In this document: positions 22,500 to 35,324 of the stretch, piece after piece
Position numbering within the stretch: the first letter of the stretch is position 1
Layout: each line of letters opens with the position of its first letter
From: Trypanosoma brucei
Taxonomy: Eukaryota
Length of the DNA: 64,000 bases
Assembly: GCA_000002445.1 (NCBI GenBank)
Contig: CM000207.1
Coordinates: 2,816,001-2,880,000, forward strand
Direction: 5' to 3'
Notes under the pieces: generated by a model
What the model saw: the letters and a program-made list of their open reading frames with translations, nothing else
What the model was told of the DNA's origin: nothing
The model's database searches: none
Made by a program: the position numbers and the translations under genes

Positions 22500-24030
22500 A
22501 TCAAAGCAGCATCCGTACTCATAGAAAATTTCTTATTGAGGAGAAAACAGCCATTTCTGTACTTTTCTCTTTCTTTGTAATCTCCACCCTCTTTTCCCTT
22601 CCTCCATGCACAATTTTTCTCGTCTCCTGTTTTGTCTTTTTCACAAGCGGTCTTATCATTTCCGTGTCTTGCACATCCAGCTGGAGCTGCTCCCTCTTTT
22701 TCTGTCTCTCCTGTTCCTGCTGCTGTGGTTTCTGTTCCTGGTTTAGGCTTGCATTCCTTTTTAGTTTTTTCATATTCGCAAGAATCTGTTGGGCAATGGG
22801 TTTCATTGTTGTTAAAACTTTCACAGACTATCTCCTTTCTGGCGGTGGCCGTTGTCGATTGTACTGGTATTGTTTATGCTGCTGCTTGTCCTTTAGTGTT
22901 TTACTCGTATTCTGCTGCTTTTTAAGCGCTGCCAACTGTTCCTTTAGTCGTATCCGCTTTTGTTTATCTGCTTCGTACAGTTTGTAGGCGCCTGCCGCTT
23001 CTTTTAACTTTTTGATCCATGGCACTTTGTTTAGTCCTCCGTCCGGTCCACTGAAATAGGTGTGGTAGTCAACACAGTTGGCGTCGCTGTCAGTGGAGCT
23101 TACAGAGGTTTCTTTTCCGAGGACGGTTTTTCTATTGAACGGGTCCTGCTGTGCCATTGGTGCGCCTATTTGGGCGATGGCGGCGGATATTTTAGAGTCT
23201 AATTGTTGAACTGGTGCTTTCTCGGGGCATGTGCCGGCAGTCCCTTCTATTCTGTCGTTGGTGCTGTCGCCTTTGGCATATGTGTTGGCGTTCCTTGCTC
23301 CGCAGGCGTTGTCTGTGCCGTCCGCGCAAACACATACTAGGTCATTGCCGATACTCTTGCCGTTTTCTGCGATCGCACAGTCGGTTGCCTTGGTTATTGC
23401 GGTTGCCACCTTTTTGCATGTCTTTGTGGATGCCTCAAATTTGTATTTTGTTTCGGCTCCACACATAGCCTCCTGTAGCGCCGAATTGATTTTTTCTATT
23501 AATCTACGCCGTCCTTTGTAGGAGGTGCTTTTAGCTGTTCATTGATCTGCTGGGAGATGTGAGGTGTTGGATTTATTGCCCGTGCCGCACGCGCCCTCTC
23601 CTCTTTTGATATTGGCCGAGGATTTTCCTTTGCCCAGTTGTTGTCTTTCGCACCTGGTTTTGTGTGTTGTCGCTGTCTTTGCCATTCTTTACATTTTACT
23701 GTCCAATCAAAGTGCTTTTTCTGAGCATCTAGCGTTACCTTCATTTTATCCCACGTTCCTGCTTGTGCTGCAGTGCCAAGCAAGGCGTGTCATTTGTCGT
23801 CTGCTGCACTCATATTATAGTATAGTATATCTATGTAGTCTGTTTCGTCCGGCGGCGTCGTGAAAGCCGAAATGCTGCCGCTCTTGGCTATCTGCCAGAC
23901 GTTGCACAATGCCAGGAAAACATTCTGTGCGTCGCCTGCCGTTCCATGTGCACGCTGTAGCGACTTCGCTGCGATAAGCAATAATATTAATTAAATTCTG
24001 CTTTTTCCCATGTTCAGTGTTGTTAAACAC
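22500..24030 (-). pseudogene. VSG: VSG pseudogene (B-type: …NCVDYHTYFSGPDGG…, …GTWDKM…). C-terminal Cys-rich domain and KDSS-like tail are frameshifted and there is an in-frame stop near the N-terminus.
   Basis: ORFs 23790..23981, 23499..23783, 22828..23466 and 22519..22824 are consecutive VSG segments separated by stops and frameshifts. Confidence 0.75.
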
Positions 24031-24405
24031 TACCTTTCCCTTTCTGATTGTGCTGTTGTTTTATTATTTAACTACCAATAATTGATATGATTGGCTAGAA
24101 AGCCTTTTGAAAATTATAGTCATTGAATCTTGTGCTGTTTTAGGTACGAAATTTGTCGTCTAATCATCATTCGGTGGTTGGACGCGTCTGCATCTGCTTT
24201 TTGGTGGTTGTGAAGCCGTCCCAGCTTGGCGGAGTGGGGTGGTGTGCTTTTATCTTTCTGTGTTTCGTTGAAGTACTTCATTGGCTCTTGTTTGGAGGTA
24301 ATTTGGTAGTGGTGTCGAGGAACCGGAAGATAGATCTTCAAGCTTCTTAGCTATAAACAAATCCCCTTCTTTAAATGTACCATCACAATCAGCCCATAAT
24401 ATATA

Positions 24406-26668
24406 TCACACTTCTCTCCGTCTATTGCATAACTTAAAATTTCCCCCCAGATCATTCAAATTGAAATCCCTTCTTTCTCCCTTCTTGAAGCAAGTAAGGT
24501 TGGATACGATCTTTTTAGAATTTGCCTCCCAGGTTAACTCATGTCCTAGAAAGTGAAGAAACGCAGGTTTTCTGAGCGAAGTTTCGTAAGGAACTGAGAA
24601 AAACTGCTCTTTATAATCCAGACCTATCAGCCCTCCTTGCAAAACGAATCTACTGCTGACATTCTCTTCACGTTCCACACTTCACAACAACAAGGGAATA
24701 TAAATGCTTTTTTGGACCACCATTCGTCAGCCACTGCAAGAACTTTATCGAAGGCGGCTTTAAACCTCTTAAATGCCCGAACTCGTGCTATTAAATTACC
24801 GCTCCAGAGGTATGGCTTCCCTGTGTCGTGAAATTTTAGTAGAGGCGGTAGGACTTTCTCTTCTTCTGTCTTGCTTGTCATCTCAAAAAACCACCGACAA
24901 CGTTCTTTATGTTCTTTGTGATCAGAATAAACTATCAAGTGCAAGCGAGGTTCATAATACTCAGCTGTCGTCATGAATAGAATCGGAGAAATTTGTTTGT
25001 CTTTAACGACACCCTCCTCACTAAATTTATCTTCATTATCATCAGTATTTTGTATAAAATATTTACTGCACTCTCATACTTCTCTTTCCATCAGAAACAA
25101 TAACATAAGATCCGTCAACAGTCATTACAATATTATCATCACTTACATTCTGTCTTTCCAAAAACTCCATAACCCATATAAGCCTTTTTACATGACTATA
25201 CAAACCTCCCATAGCAATTGTAATAATTTCAACATGGCTTAGTTTGGCACTCAATATGAGCCTACACCATTCTTGAGTAACATGAGTTTCAACGACAACG
25301 ACAAACACTCTGAGTTTTCCGTTTAGTCTTTGGAGTTTATGTGTTAGAAGAACTACTAGTAATGTTGAAATGGCGGTAGTATCCTTGGTGATCCTTTTAG
25401 AGGCGGATAAATAAATTCGGAAGGAATGTTGGCGTAGTCAAAGCTGGTACGTCGATAGTTGCATCGTTTTTACGCAGATATCAGTGGCTGATTGTCCATC
25501 TGTTTTTATAAATTTCTCTTTCTTTCTCTCTCTCTCTTATTTTACATTAAGAACGTCCGCGTTAGCATCGAAACTCTGCCCAGCGTCCGTCAATTTTTGT
25601 AAGCTTTTCGGTTGGACGCTTAACTATAGAATTATATTTGTAGCGGCTTTTGAGGTGCTTATGGTCTTCTTCCCTAATCTGATGCAAAACAATAGTTTGT
25701 TCGCTCGTTAAATTAGTTTTGTCTGTAGTGTCTTTCTTCGCATGCATTACATGACGACAATCTTGCATATCCACTGTTAATAAACATTTAAAATATAATT
25801 TTTCCTTATAACTTCTCCAACAATAATATCTTCATTGAGAGCACTAAAATCAATATATGTTGCGAAATTCCTGAATTTAATTTCTGACGTTACTAATTGT
25901 TTCAGAGGTTTATAATCAACAACTTCCCTGACAATATCCCTAGATAGTGTCGATGCATAACCAATGGTGGAAACGTAATTTTATCACTAAAATCTTTAGG
26001 ATAACCAAGAGCTCTCCCCATATTCAACTTCTCTCGTGGAAGTATTTCAAAGTATTGCAGATACAATGGCACCCTCATAAATATATCGTCATTTGCTTTC
26101 ATTATATAGGGATTAGACGGTTTAAATATTTCAACTGCGAATTTGAACCACAAATATGTTTTTCTACTCACAGTGAGTTCTGCTTCCCGTCCCCAATTAC
26201 CAGCATCTCCAATTTTTTATTTGTTGTTGGATTGACATCACATAAAGGTAAAATAATAACATCCTGATTTACATAACCCTCTTTTCCAATAACCTCTCTG
26301 AGTTAAAAATTACTATTTGTATGAGGGGAATGAGCATATACTATAAGCAACTTCCCAGTAAAATTATTTGACTTACGTGCCAATTCATGGTAACTCTAAC
26401 AAGTTTCCCTCTGTAGATTCCTTCTTCTAAATCTCTCATCATTATCTATAGAAGGTATTCCGGCCACAACTAAATAGTCTTCACTTTCCCAAAACTTCCT
26501 CACATCATTCAAGACAAATCTCATACACTCATCTTTAAAAATATCTAGTGAAATAGGATCTCTTTCAAATTTCCTAAACAAGCTGTATAGCGAAACAAAT
26601 AAATTAATCCCCATAATAATAAAAGGTAAACAACTCATTGTTGCAGATATCCTTCTGATATACTTCAT
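24406..26668 (-). pseudogene. Glycosyltransferase pseudogene (trypanosomatid UDP-Gal/UDP-GlcNAc-dependent GT family, beta-1,3-GT-like). N-terminal TM anchor, …IPSIDNDERFRRRNLQRETC… and a DDIF motif, fragmented into at least five ORFs.
   Basis: ORF 26396..26668 shows a signal-anchor MSCLPFIIMGINLFVSLYSLF plus a Galactosyl_T-like block. ORFs 25902..26171, 25063..25308 and 24627..24974 continue in other frames. Confidence 0.6.
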
Positions 26669-27524
26669 AAGATACTTTTACCATACTAATTAAATGTTTT
26701 AATACCTTATACAATCTTAGAAACCATTAAGGAAAGAATTCAGTTGGCACACTACGGTTTTTAGTGTAGCCGTGCTTACATATGTAAACAGTTTCTCGAT
26801 ATTTTTATGATGCTGTTTTTGAAGGATGTCCGTCCAGTGTCTGCAACTTATATTCGGGCGTATACCTGTAGTTTCTGCTAAAGAAGTTCGCTTTAGTGAT
26901 ATATGCTGCCTTACACTATGTGATTACCATTGTACTCACATTATTCAATTTGCATTGTGTAAATTTCTGTTCTGCTAGCAGGCGTTTGGTGCGCCAACAC
27001 ATTTAGAAATTCTAGTAACTTAACTATTTTTCTGTGATATGTAGTCCAATCATCTGAATCATTATGATACTATCATCACCATACTTTTATGAATTACTGC
27101 TACTCTTGTTTCTATCACTATCTATGCTATAGAATCTAGTATTATTTGAGTAAAATATGGAGCACGATTTCTGTTGATGCACTATATTCGTCTGACACGC
27201 GCTCCTGCGTCTCCCATTACTTTACTATCTGCTTTATCTCCTTGTTTTTTTCTGCTGCTTCTACCACAGCAATTGATGTAATAATTTGATATGGCCATAC
27301 ACTTTGCTGTGCCTCTACATGATAATCCCCTCCACCCTTCGTATATGATAATTCCCATCATCATTCTTATATCTGAAACTATGCATGTTCCATTTCCTTT
27401 TTTCTCTGTGGGTTTGTCGTTCTGAAGCTCTTTTCACAACATTCATCCTTCTCTCCCGTTGCCATGGCCCCCTTGCTATTGTATTAGCTAATTCTTTTTT
27501 GACAGGGTATTTACTTCTCACTAT

Positions 27525-27595
27525 CACCCTTATCATAATATTCGTATGCACACACTCACAACAGTCTTCTATCATTATTATCATCATTATTATCA
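27525..27595 (-). repeat. 70-bp repeat (1 copy)
   Basis: Sequence cataatattcgtatgcacacactcacaacagtcttctatcattattatcatcattattatc. Confidence 0.85.
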
Positions 27596-27868
27596 GACAC
27601 CTTAATAATATGCATTAAACATATAAATTAAACAAAAAATTAAATTTTATCACTTTATCACTATGTTAATTTACAACCATAGGCCACTATCATACACTTT
27701 CAATTTTTAAATTTCTAAAAAGTTTTGCAATTTTCAACAATTCGCACATTTTCATAATAAAGTGCTGAAGTATAAAAAACACTAGTAGGTTTTTAAAATT
27801 CTCTCAAAAAAAGAAAGGTTTCACACAGTTTTTATCCCATAGGCAAAAATGCAAGCAAAAGAGGAGCC

Positions 27869-29233
27869 TTGTTAATGACAAATGAATTGCTTCCTGTGGT
27901 GTTTGCAGTTTTAAATTCATTCTCCGCTTTCACTCCGTCTTCCCAACCTTTAGCTTTGCACTCTCCTTTTTCATCAGTGCCCTTCTATTTGCACCCGCCA
28001 CTGCAGTTCTTTTTCTCCTTACCTTTACATGCCGATGCTGTTTCAATTTGTGGTTTGCATTCAGAGGTACTAGCACTGATCCTCTCGTTTTGCTTTATCG
28101 CAGCTGAAGCCTCTATGAATGCTTCAATCTGCTGCAAATAATTCAGTGTTGAGATACTGTCTAGTTTGCTGTTTGAAGGTCTGCCAGAGTTGGCCTTTGT
28201 TAGGGGCGTTGCCTTCACTCCTTTCCGTATTGGTTCTCCATACGTGCTTGGGTCCTTGCCATAGCTTCTTTCAACCATGTTTTTAATATTGTTCCGTTCT
28301 TGTTGCGGTATCTCCGTCATTGTGTCGTCCCCTTTGGCAATTTTGTAGACTCAGAGGATAAAGTTATCGTCACTTAGTTTGTTATACGGTTCGCAGCTGT
28401 CGGTTGCTGTTGTGTATGTCTTCGGCGCATCTGAGAGTTCGGTGTCGAGTTGGGCTGCTTGATCCGCGATGTTGTCCGAATGGAACACCCATTCCTTTGG
28501 TGTCGCGGTTGGTTTCACCTTTCCTGATGCTTGCTTAGTCGCGTCGGTAGTCGAGTACAGCGTGCCTGACGAAATCCCGGCCCTATTGCCGTTGCTGCTA
28601 CTGCTGCATTGGCCGTTGTATGTTTCGTATACCATTGCTTGAGTTGCAGCTTGAGCTGCTGCTGTGGTGTCAGGCTTGACTACTTCAAGACTAAGTTGCC
28701 AGGTGGTGAGCGCCTTCTCTGCGCCTTGTGGCGATTCGCCGTTTATGTAAGAGTGAATTGTGCATTTGCCTGTGCGTATGCCGGACTCTGTGCCGTCCAC
28801 CTCAATCCTCTTCCTGGCCGCCGACTCTGTGTTCGTTGTGAACGCGTTTGAGTCCGCTTTTGTTTTCAATTTCGCTACCTTATTTAGTGCTGCAGAGTTT
28901 CCCGCCATATGAGCCAGTGCCGCCGCCTTAGAAGCCAGACCGATCACCGTTTGTAATGCTCGGTCGTCATCAGCTTGCACCTTAGGTGTAAGTCGGACAG
29001 AGCTTGAAGAAAGACAGCTTTTTTGCTGTCAGTGGTTAGTAATGCGGCTATTTTTAGTTGTTTTGATTTTTTTACGGTTAACGCTTGGCAGTATTGCCGC
29101 TATCTTGAGTTACTTGACGAGCTCTCCGATGTAGACTTCGTTGTGGTCTTCGATGGAGCAGTTGGGGTTTGGCTCGGCTGCCGCCATGCTTAAGAGTGGC
29201 AAGGCTATAAGAAAAGCTTTGTACATTGTCGAA
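27869..29233 (-). pseudogene. VSG: VSG pseudogene (A-type). Signal peptide MYKAFLIALPLLSMAAAEP, two in-frame stops in the N-terminal 50 codons, and the tail …TNTTGSNSFVINKAPLLLAFL out of frame.
   Basis: ORFs 28351..28980 and 27985..28320 plus the translated upstream region show an N-terminal signal followed by stops. The conserved 3' end matches other VSGs. Confidence 0.8.
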
Positions 29234-30660
29234 AACCTGTTTGGTTCCGTAGACTTGAAACTGGTTTGTTTTTTAGTCCCAAGCCGCTGCCGGCGGAGTG
29301 TCTAGCAGTTGCTGAATGTCCTGCGTTATTTAGATATTGTTGCTGTTCATGGTCAATTGTGTTGTCGAGTTTACGTGGAAAAACGGGTATTTATAGGAAT
29401 CTACTATGTTTTTGGCCAGTTGTTACAGAATAAACGTTTCAAAACACTGCTCATTGCCAGTATTCCTGGATTAGGTAGAAAAGCATTCAGTTTAGCCAAA
29501 GAAACTCCATCTTTCAAACCTAAGCTATAGAATTCTATATCTAAAAAATTTATATTCATGGCCGTCGTGTGCTTCTATTTCAGTTTAATACCAGTTGGAT
29601 TGTGAGTTTTCAATGTCGATATAACGGTTCGACTTCTGCTTTACGCATCATCGTGAGTATTTTGCACATCTCTCCTGGTTTTATTACTACTCTCTTTCGT
29701 CTCATATTCGGTAATTGCGGTCCTATCTGCACCCTCTTTCTTTAAAATTTCCTGATACACTCCATCGCAGCCGAATCAGAGTGTATTATTATTTAAATTA
29801 GCCATTCCTTGAAGGAAAGTAATGTCTGATCAGCACACCAATATGGAATTTGTGGAGTATTACTACCAACTTTTTGGACATCCAAGAAAACCCCTCTAAT
29901 TGTTCATGTATACTCCATTTTAAGAAATTTACATGGTTCTATGTCTTCTATTCCTGTCTAAAGTAATCCATTGGTAGTACTTGTTTTGAAATACTATAAA
30001 TAATATCATATTGTTTTCCAAATATGTTGGTCATTATTAGTATATCTGATTAGAATAAGACTTCGACGTAATTTCATGTTTATCCAATCTCTCAGTTTTT
30101 CTCTAAGTTTTCACCACAGAAGACGAGAAGACACCATTATGTTGGAATCAAAAAAAGCCACTATTACTTCTGTTTAAGGTACCTATTTATGTGTAAATTT
30201 TGAAGTAAAATACCCACTCGTATCATTTTATTCTGAACTATTACGCACCAGTTGTTTTACTCTGTACTTTGGTTCTATCTTTTTCATCCTTTGTAGCTGC
30301 TTCTACGTATTCGTTAGTATCTCCATTTTCACTTTTTTTGCGGTTGCTCCTGGTAGTTTCCGTCCCATACATTACATCCTAGCGTGTGATGGCGTCTATG
30401 GCCATCTGTGTGTTTCAAAACAAGCATATTTCTTCTTTATTTTTCTCCTTTTGCGTTTTCTTAAAAAATATTGCTCCTGATCTCTGTCTCTCTGACTCAT
30501 TTTCCTACCCACCCACTCACTCTCATTAAACCATTTCCATTCGCATTTTGGGTGCTTTTCTCTGCATTGTGCTGCTTTCGTTATTCCTTTGCATTTTTTT
30601 TGTTTCTCGTCGTTTTTTTTTTGGAACTTGGGCAGTGACTGTAGTTGTTGTCATCAGTGC

Positions 30661-31848
30661 TCAGGTCAAATCCTGTAATGCTAGTGTTTCGTTCGATATC
30701 AGCCATGCTGCTTCAACTTCGCTTTTAATGGCTTCCAATGCCGTGTGGGCTCTTTTGCTTTCATCCTCTCGTCGTTCTATGGTGTCTGCTACGTGCAGCA
30801 TGTTCGCGACGTATGTTAGTTTGCCAAATTTGTCTGCATTTGAGGTGATCTTGTTGATGTATTTAATACAGAGACCTTTAGCGACACCTGCTTGGCAGCC
30901 CGTGGCTGTGTATGCTTCCAGGTACCCTACGCCGCCGATCATTTTTATAGAGCTGTGGATTCTGTTTACGGCGCTGTGGATTGCCGGCGCTGTCACCTTT
31001 TTGCTTGCTCCGGGGATGCATATTGTTCTTACTTCTGTGAACGCCGTTTTGAGATTCGGTGCCGTTGTGTCCCAGCCTTGGGTATTTGCTCTGTCTTTTC
31101 GGCAAGCCTTCGTCCCTGTGCTCTGCGTCGCGTCAAAGAATAGGCACTGCATCGCGTATGATAGAGATTGTTTACCGTCTACGGTGCGATCGGTGTTGCA
31201 TTGAGCGACGACGCCGTTGCCTTCTCTTACTGCCACGCTGGTGTCGAACGTGCCCTTTCCTGTCTCAACGCCGTAGGCGGCTTCGTTCATTTTTTTTCTT
31301 CAGCTCATCGTTTGAGAGTGTTTTCAGAGTGTTTTGAGTGTCTTTTACAGCCTTTTGGTGCCGCCGCGCCTTGCCTAGGATTTTCTCTATACGGACCTGT
31401 GCCAGCCTGGCAGCTTGCCCGGTTAGCTTTGGGAAACCCGAGGCTGCTATGGATTTGCCTGGCTCATGCTCGTGATTTGTGTTTAATACAGCTGCTTGCC
31501 ATTCGTCCCAGTTGTCCTTCCACTTTTCGTCTGGTTTTAATCCCGCCGACTTTGCTTCGTCCCACGACTGTGGCTTGAAGGTACATTTTGTGAACATGCC
31601 AGACCACGTCTTGGGTGCTAAAGACATGTTGATTGCCTGCAATTTTTAATCTCTATTGTTCCGTCTTCTGAGCTGACATCGTCCGGCAGTTTGCCTTCTG
31701 CTAGCTGAAAGAGGTCACAGACCGCTTCAAACACCTCGGCGTTGTCTGCTTCCGCCACATCTCCGGTGGCTGGCCGCCCGAGTACTAAACCCATCAAAAG
31801 TATAATTGTCGCTTGGGCTTTTGTCTTGAGTGCAGCGCATGTATTCAT
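30661..31848 (-). pseudogene. VSG: VSG fragment: N-terminal domain only. Signal peptide MNTCAALKTKAQATIILLMGLVLG…, one frameshift, then the ORF ends at 30661 with no C-terminal domain, GPI signal, 3'UTR 16-mer or 70-bp repeat.
   Basis: ORFs 31618..31848, 31265..31642 and 30661..31290 are present. Downstream 30400-30660 lacks Cys-rich coding and shows the CTR-type cactcactc motif instead. Confidence 0.7.
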
Positions 31849-32803
31849 GGTTATTGTCGTGGTTTGCAGTTGACCTAAGAGGCATGTGGCACCAAGAAAA
31901 AGAGTTGGGTGAGTTATATCCCCAATTTCGTGACAACCAAAATAAAAAATTGTCGTTTATTGCAGGAAGTTCTTGTGCTTTGGTATCTAGTGGTGGATAC
32001 CTGTCTGTGTCCACGGTATGAAACTTTGTGTGTTTATGAATAAAAGTGGTTCGTTATGTTTATGGCAGTCGTCTTGTTTCTAGCTTGGTTCCTGTCTTCC
32101 TTCCAAAAAAAAACAAACATAGAAACACCGCTTTGTTGATGTTTTGTTATATCACCACGGAGAGCAGACAGACATCATTAAACATGAGCTTTGTTGCGCA
32201 TATGCAAACATATTTAACTCATGTAAATGTCGATTTCACGATAGAACTATACGGTTACCTTGACAAAATTTTAATGGAAACTTTTTTGTGCAAGTTTCCA
32301 AAAAAGTTAAAAACTTTTCAGCCCATATCCTCCTGCATGTATTTCTTCTATTTTGACGTTTAAAACTTCGGATCATTTCTTCTTTAACCACAACTTACTT
32401 CTATCCGGTAAATTCAAACAGTATGTTTTGTTATTACTCTTATTTGGTTGTAATTCACTTTACAGACTGGAAATATTACCAGGTGGCATTGCTGCTTTTC
32501 ACGGGTGCAGCTGCTTCCTTTTATTTGTCATGCATCCTGAATGCTTTTAGGTCGGTTGCAATTAACCCTCAGTAATTTTGTCCAACTTGTAATCTTTGCT
32601 TCGCCTTTAAATCCTTTGTTCGCTGCAGTAAAGTTTTTTCGTCTCTGGTCCTTATATTAATTGTTAATTCTTTGAATGCAGTTGATTTCTCACCCGCATA
32701 GAAGTATGGAATATGTAGATTACTATTAGAAACTTCTTCCACCTTATATAAAGCTCTGATAAAGGTTTATATTTGTGCTACTATAAGCATTTTTCTAGAG
32801 TTT

Positions 32804-32830
32804 TTTCTCTCTCTCTCTCTCTCTCTGCTT
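32804..32830. repeat. (CT)n microsatellite
   Basis: Sequence tctctctctctctctctctctctctc. Confidence 0.9.
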
Positions 32831-33457
32831 TTCCTGTTCACAGTAATTCATTAGTAGTCCTTATTTTAAATTTCTTACAAATAATAACATATTGGCGCAC
32901 AATAGTGCTAGAAATTATAACTAATTCTGATAAAGAAAAGAGTTTGACATTATTTCGTACTTACTCAATCCTTTCTAATATTTATGCTTTTTCTTCTTAT
33001 TGCTTACAGCTTGATATTAGAAGCCGAAAACAGATTTAAAAATACAGTCTCAACCATCATCTGCACAGAACCTTATATCCAGACCTTAGTGAAATGCTGA
33101 GTATCATCAGCAACTTCTCTTGATGCGTCATTATATTATGCAAGGTTATGATGCGTACCCAGTTGTTTAATTCCATATTTTCTCTCTTTTTTGGCCATTT
33201 ATTGTGCTTTTTAAAAATTCCATAGCAATTTCATATGCATTTTACACTGCATATGTCTCTCCCTTATTGTTTCTTCAGAATATTCTCGTGTATGATGATA
33301 CCCATCTTATGTTTCTTGAAACTGTGCGTATTCAATTTAGTTTTTTTTCTGTTCATATCTCATACACTCCTTCAAGCACAATAATTTAATTACATTGCAC
33401 CATTGACGTATATTTCAGAGCCTTAGCTCTCATATTCATTTAGTCTTCACCAAACGT

Positions 33458-33530
33458 ATTATATTAATGTATGCACAGACTCACAACACTCTCCTATCAA
33501 AATCATTATTATCATAATTATTATTAATAT
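33458..33530 (-). repeat. 70-bp repeat (1 copy)
   Basis: Sequence ttatattaatgtatgcacagactcacaacactctcctatcaaaatcattattatcataattattatta. Confidence 0.8.
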
Positions 33531-33701
33531 TGCCTTAACTATTATCTATAAAATAAACAAAGTAAAACAAAATTAGAATATCACTTACTTGTCATACCTT
33601 CTGATCATACTGCTTTACATCATTAAGAAAACTAAAAAAATTCAGTTTGTAAAACATTTCGAATTTCCAAAGTTTGCACATCTCGCAAAGGTTTCACAAA
33701 A

Positions 33702-33716
33702 TGTTAAAATATATCA
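33702..33716 (-). promoter_or_regulatory. VSG 3'UTR 16-mer (reverse complement tgttaaaatatatca)
   Basis: Consensus match about 60 nt 3' of the VSG pseudogene tail. Confidence 0.6.
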
Positions 33717-33769
33717 AAATAGAAAATTTTCATAATGTTTATAAACTTTATAAAGTTGAACAAAGTCCT

Positions 33770-35324
33770 TATGGTGCTAGAATTATACCGAACTCACGAA
33801 AAAAGCAGCCAAACTCAGAGCAAATCTATTATTGACAAAAAACTGGAATCGTTGCATTCTTTTCCTTCCAATTTACAATCAGAAGATTTGCAGTCGCCTT
33901 GCTTTTTTCTTATCTTTGCATTTCTCTGTTGTTTTCTCTTTTGTGCCTCCTGATTGTTTTTCTGCTTGTTTGGTTGCTTCTTCATCCAATTTGCACTTCT
34001 TTTTGCCACCTTCTTCGTCAAACAATTTGCATGGGGGTTTACATTCAGCTCCTGCTCATTTGGCTGCGCAAGTTGCTTCTGTTTCAGTTATTTTTGGGGG
34101 TGGCGTGTTTAAATTTTTTTGTTTTTCTGTGGCAAGCTCCTGTTCAAGTTCCGCAAGTCGACTGGCTCTTCGGATGTATTGCAGCAATAAGCTTGCTCTC
34201 AGATCGTCGCCGCCACCTACTTCCTTCAGTGTCTTTTCCTCCGTTTTGTCCGCCAACACTTTCGTTGCCGGTATTGTTTTCAGCTTGTTTAATATGGCCT
34301 CTGCTTGACCTGTTGTTTTTCCTGATACTTCTTCCAGTAGCTTCTCTGTGCCGTAGTCTTCTTTGCTTCCTTTTTCGTACAGCTTTGCGTTCTTACGGAT
34401 GGCTTTGAGCGTAGCAACCGCTGTTGATGTATCTAATGCGTATTTGATTACCTCGTCTTTGCTTTCTCCGCAATTGCTGGTGTCAGCCGCGATCAGCCCC
34501 TTCAGTTTGTTAAACACCTTTGCCGGCCTCCTGGATTCGTCGGGCGCCTGCCAATTTCCCCCTATTTGTTGCAATTTGGGTATCCGGATGTCCGTTCTTG
34601 CTGGCGTCGAATGCGGTGTTACTTCTATGAAGCCGGCTATGACTGGGATGGCGCCTTGCGTGGCGTCCTGCCACACGTGGGCTGTTGAACTTGCACCGCC
34701 GGTTGCTAGCAGGTGGCACTTTGTTGAGCCGGCGCCGCTTGTCTGTTTCGCAGCCGTCGCCGCCAGCTCATCGAACCCTGTGTGCTTCAGCGCCCCGCTT
34801 TCTTGATAGTCCGCCGCGTCGATGTTGTCGGTGACGGCTTCCGGGCACCCAAGGCGCGTCTGCTTATTGCTCCCTGTGGGAGCGCCTCCGCTTGCCGCTA
34901 GGCACGGCCCTGTGCTTCCGCCTGTTGAAGCTGATATTTAAAAATCTACGAATTCGTTGATTGCTCCTACGCTCTTGGCGGCATTTGTGGTCGCCAGAAG
35001 AGCTGGTTTGATCAGCTGTTCTAAGCGTGCAGCTTGTAACTCTGCACATTTGTGTGCTTCCAGAGCCGCCGCTTGATAAAGGCTTGATGCATTGGTGTTT
35101 GTTTCTCTGCTCGCCGCTGAAAGTAGTTCAAGTTGGGCACTTTGTGCCGCTTTTATGGCATTTATTTCCTTATTCTGCTTGTGAAGATCTACAGCCGGTA
35201 TCTTGTCTAACTCTCTGGTCGCTTTGCACACCTTAGTTACGGCGGCTTCGTCAAAAGCATGGCCAGTCGTTTCAGCTCTATGTGTGAGCCCCGCTAAGAC
35301 GGTTATAGTTAAGACAAGAAGCAT
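33770..35324 (-). pseudogene. VSG: VSG pseudogene (B-type). Signal peptide MLLVLTITVLAGLTHRAET. Stops and frameshifts after the N-terminal 128 codons. The KDSS-type tail (DSSFLVNNRFALSLAAFFVSSV) is out of frame.
   Basis: ORFs 34938..35324, 34056..34676 and 33815..34021 are VSG segments in different frames. Confidence 0.8.
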
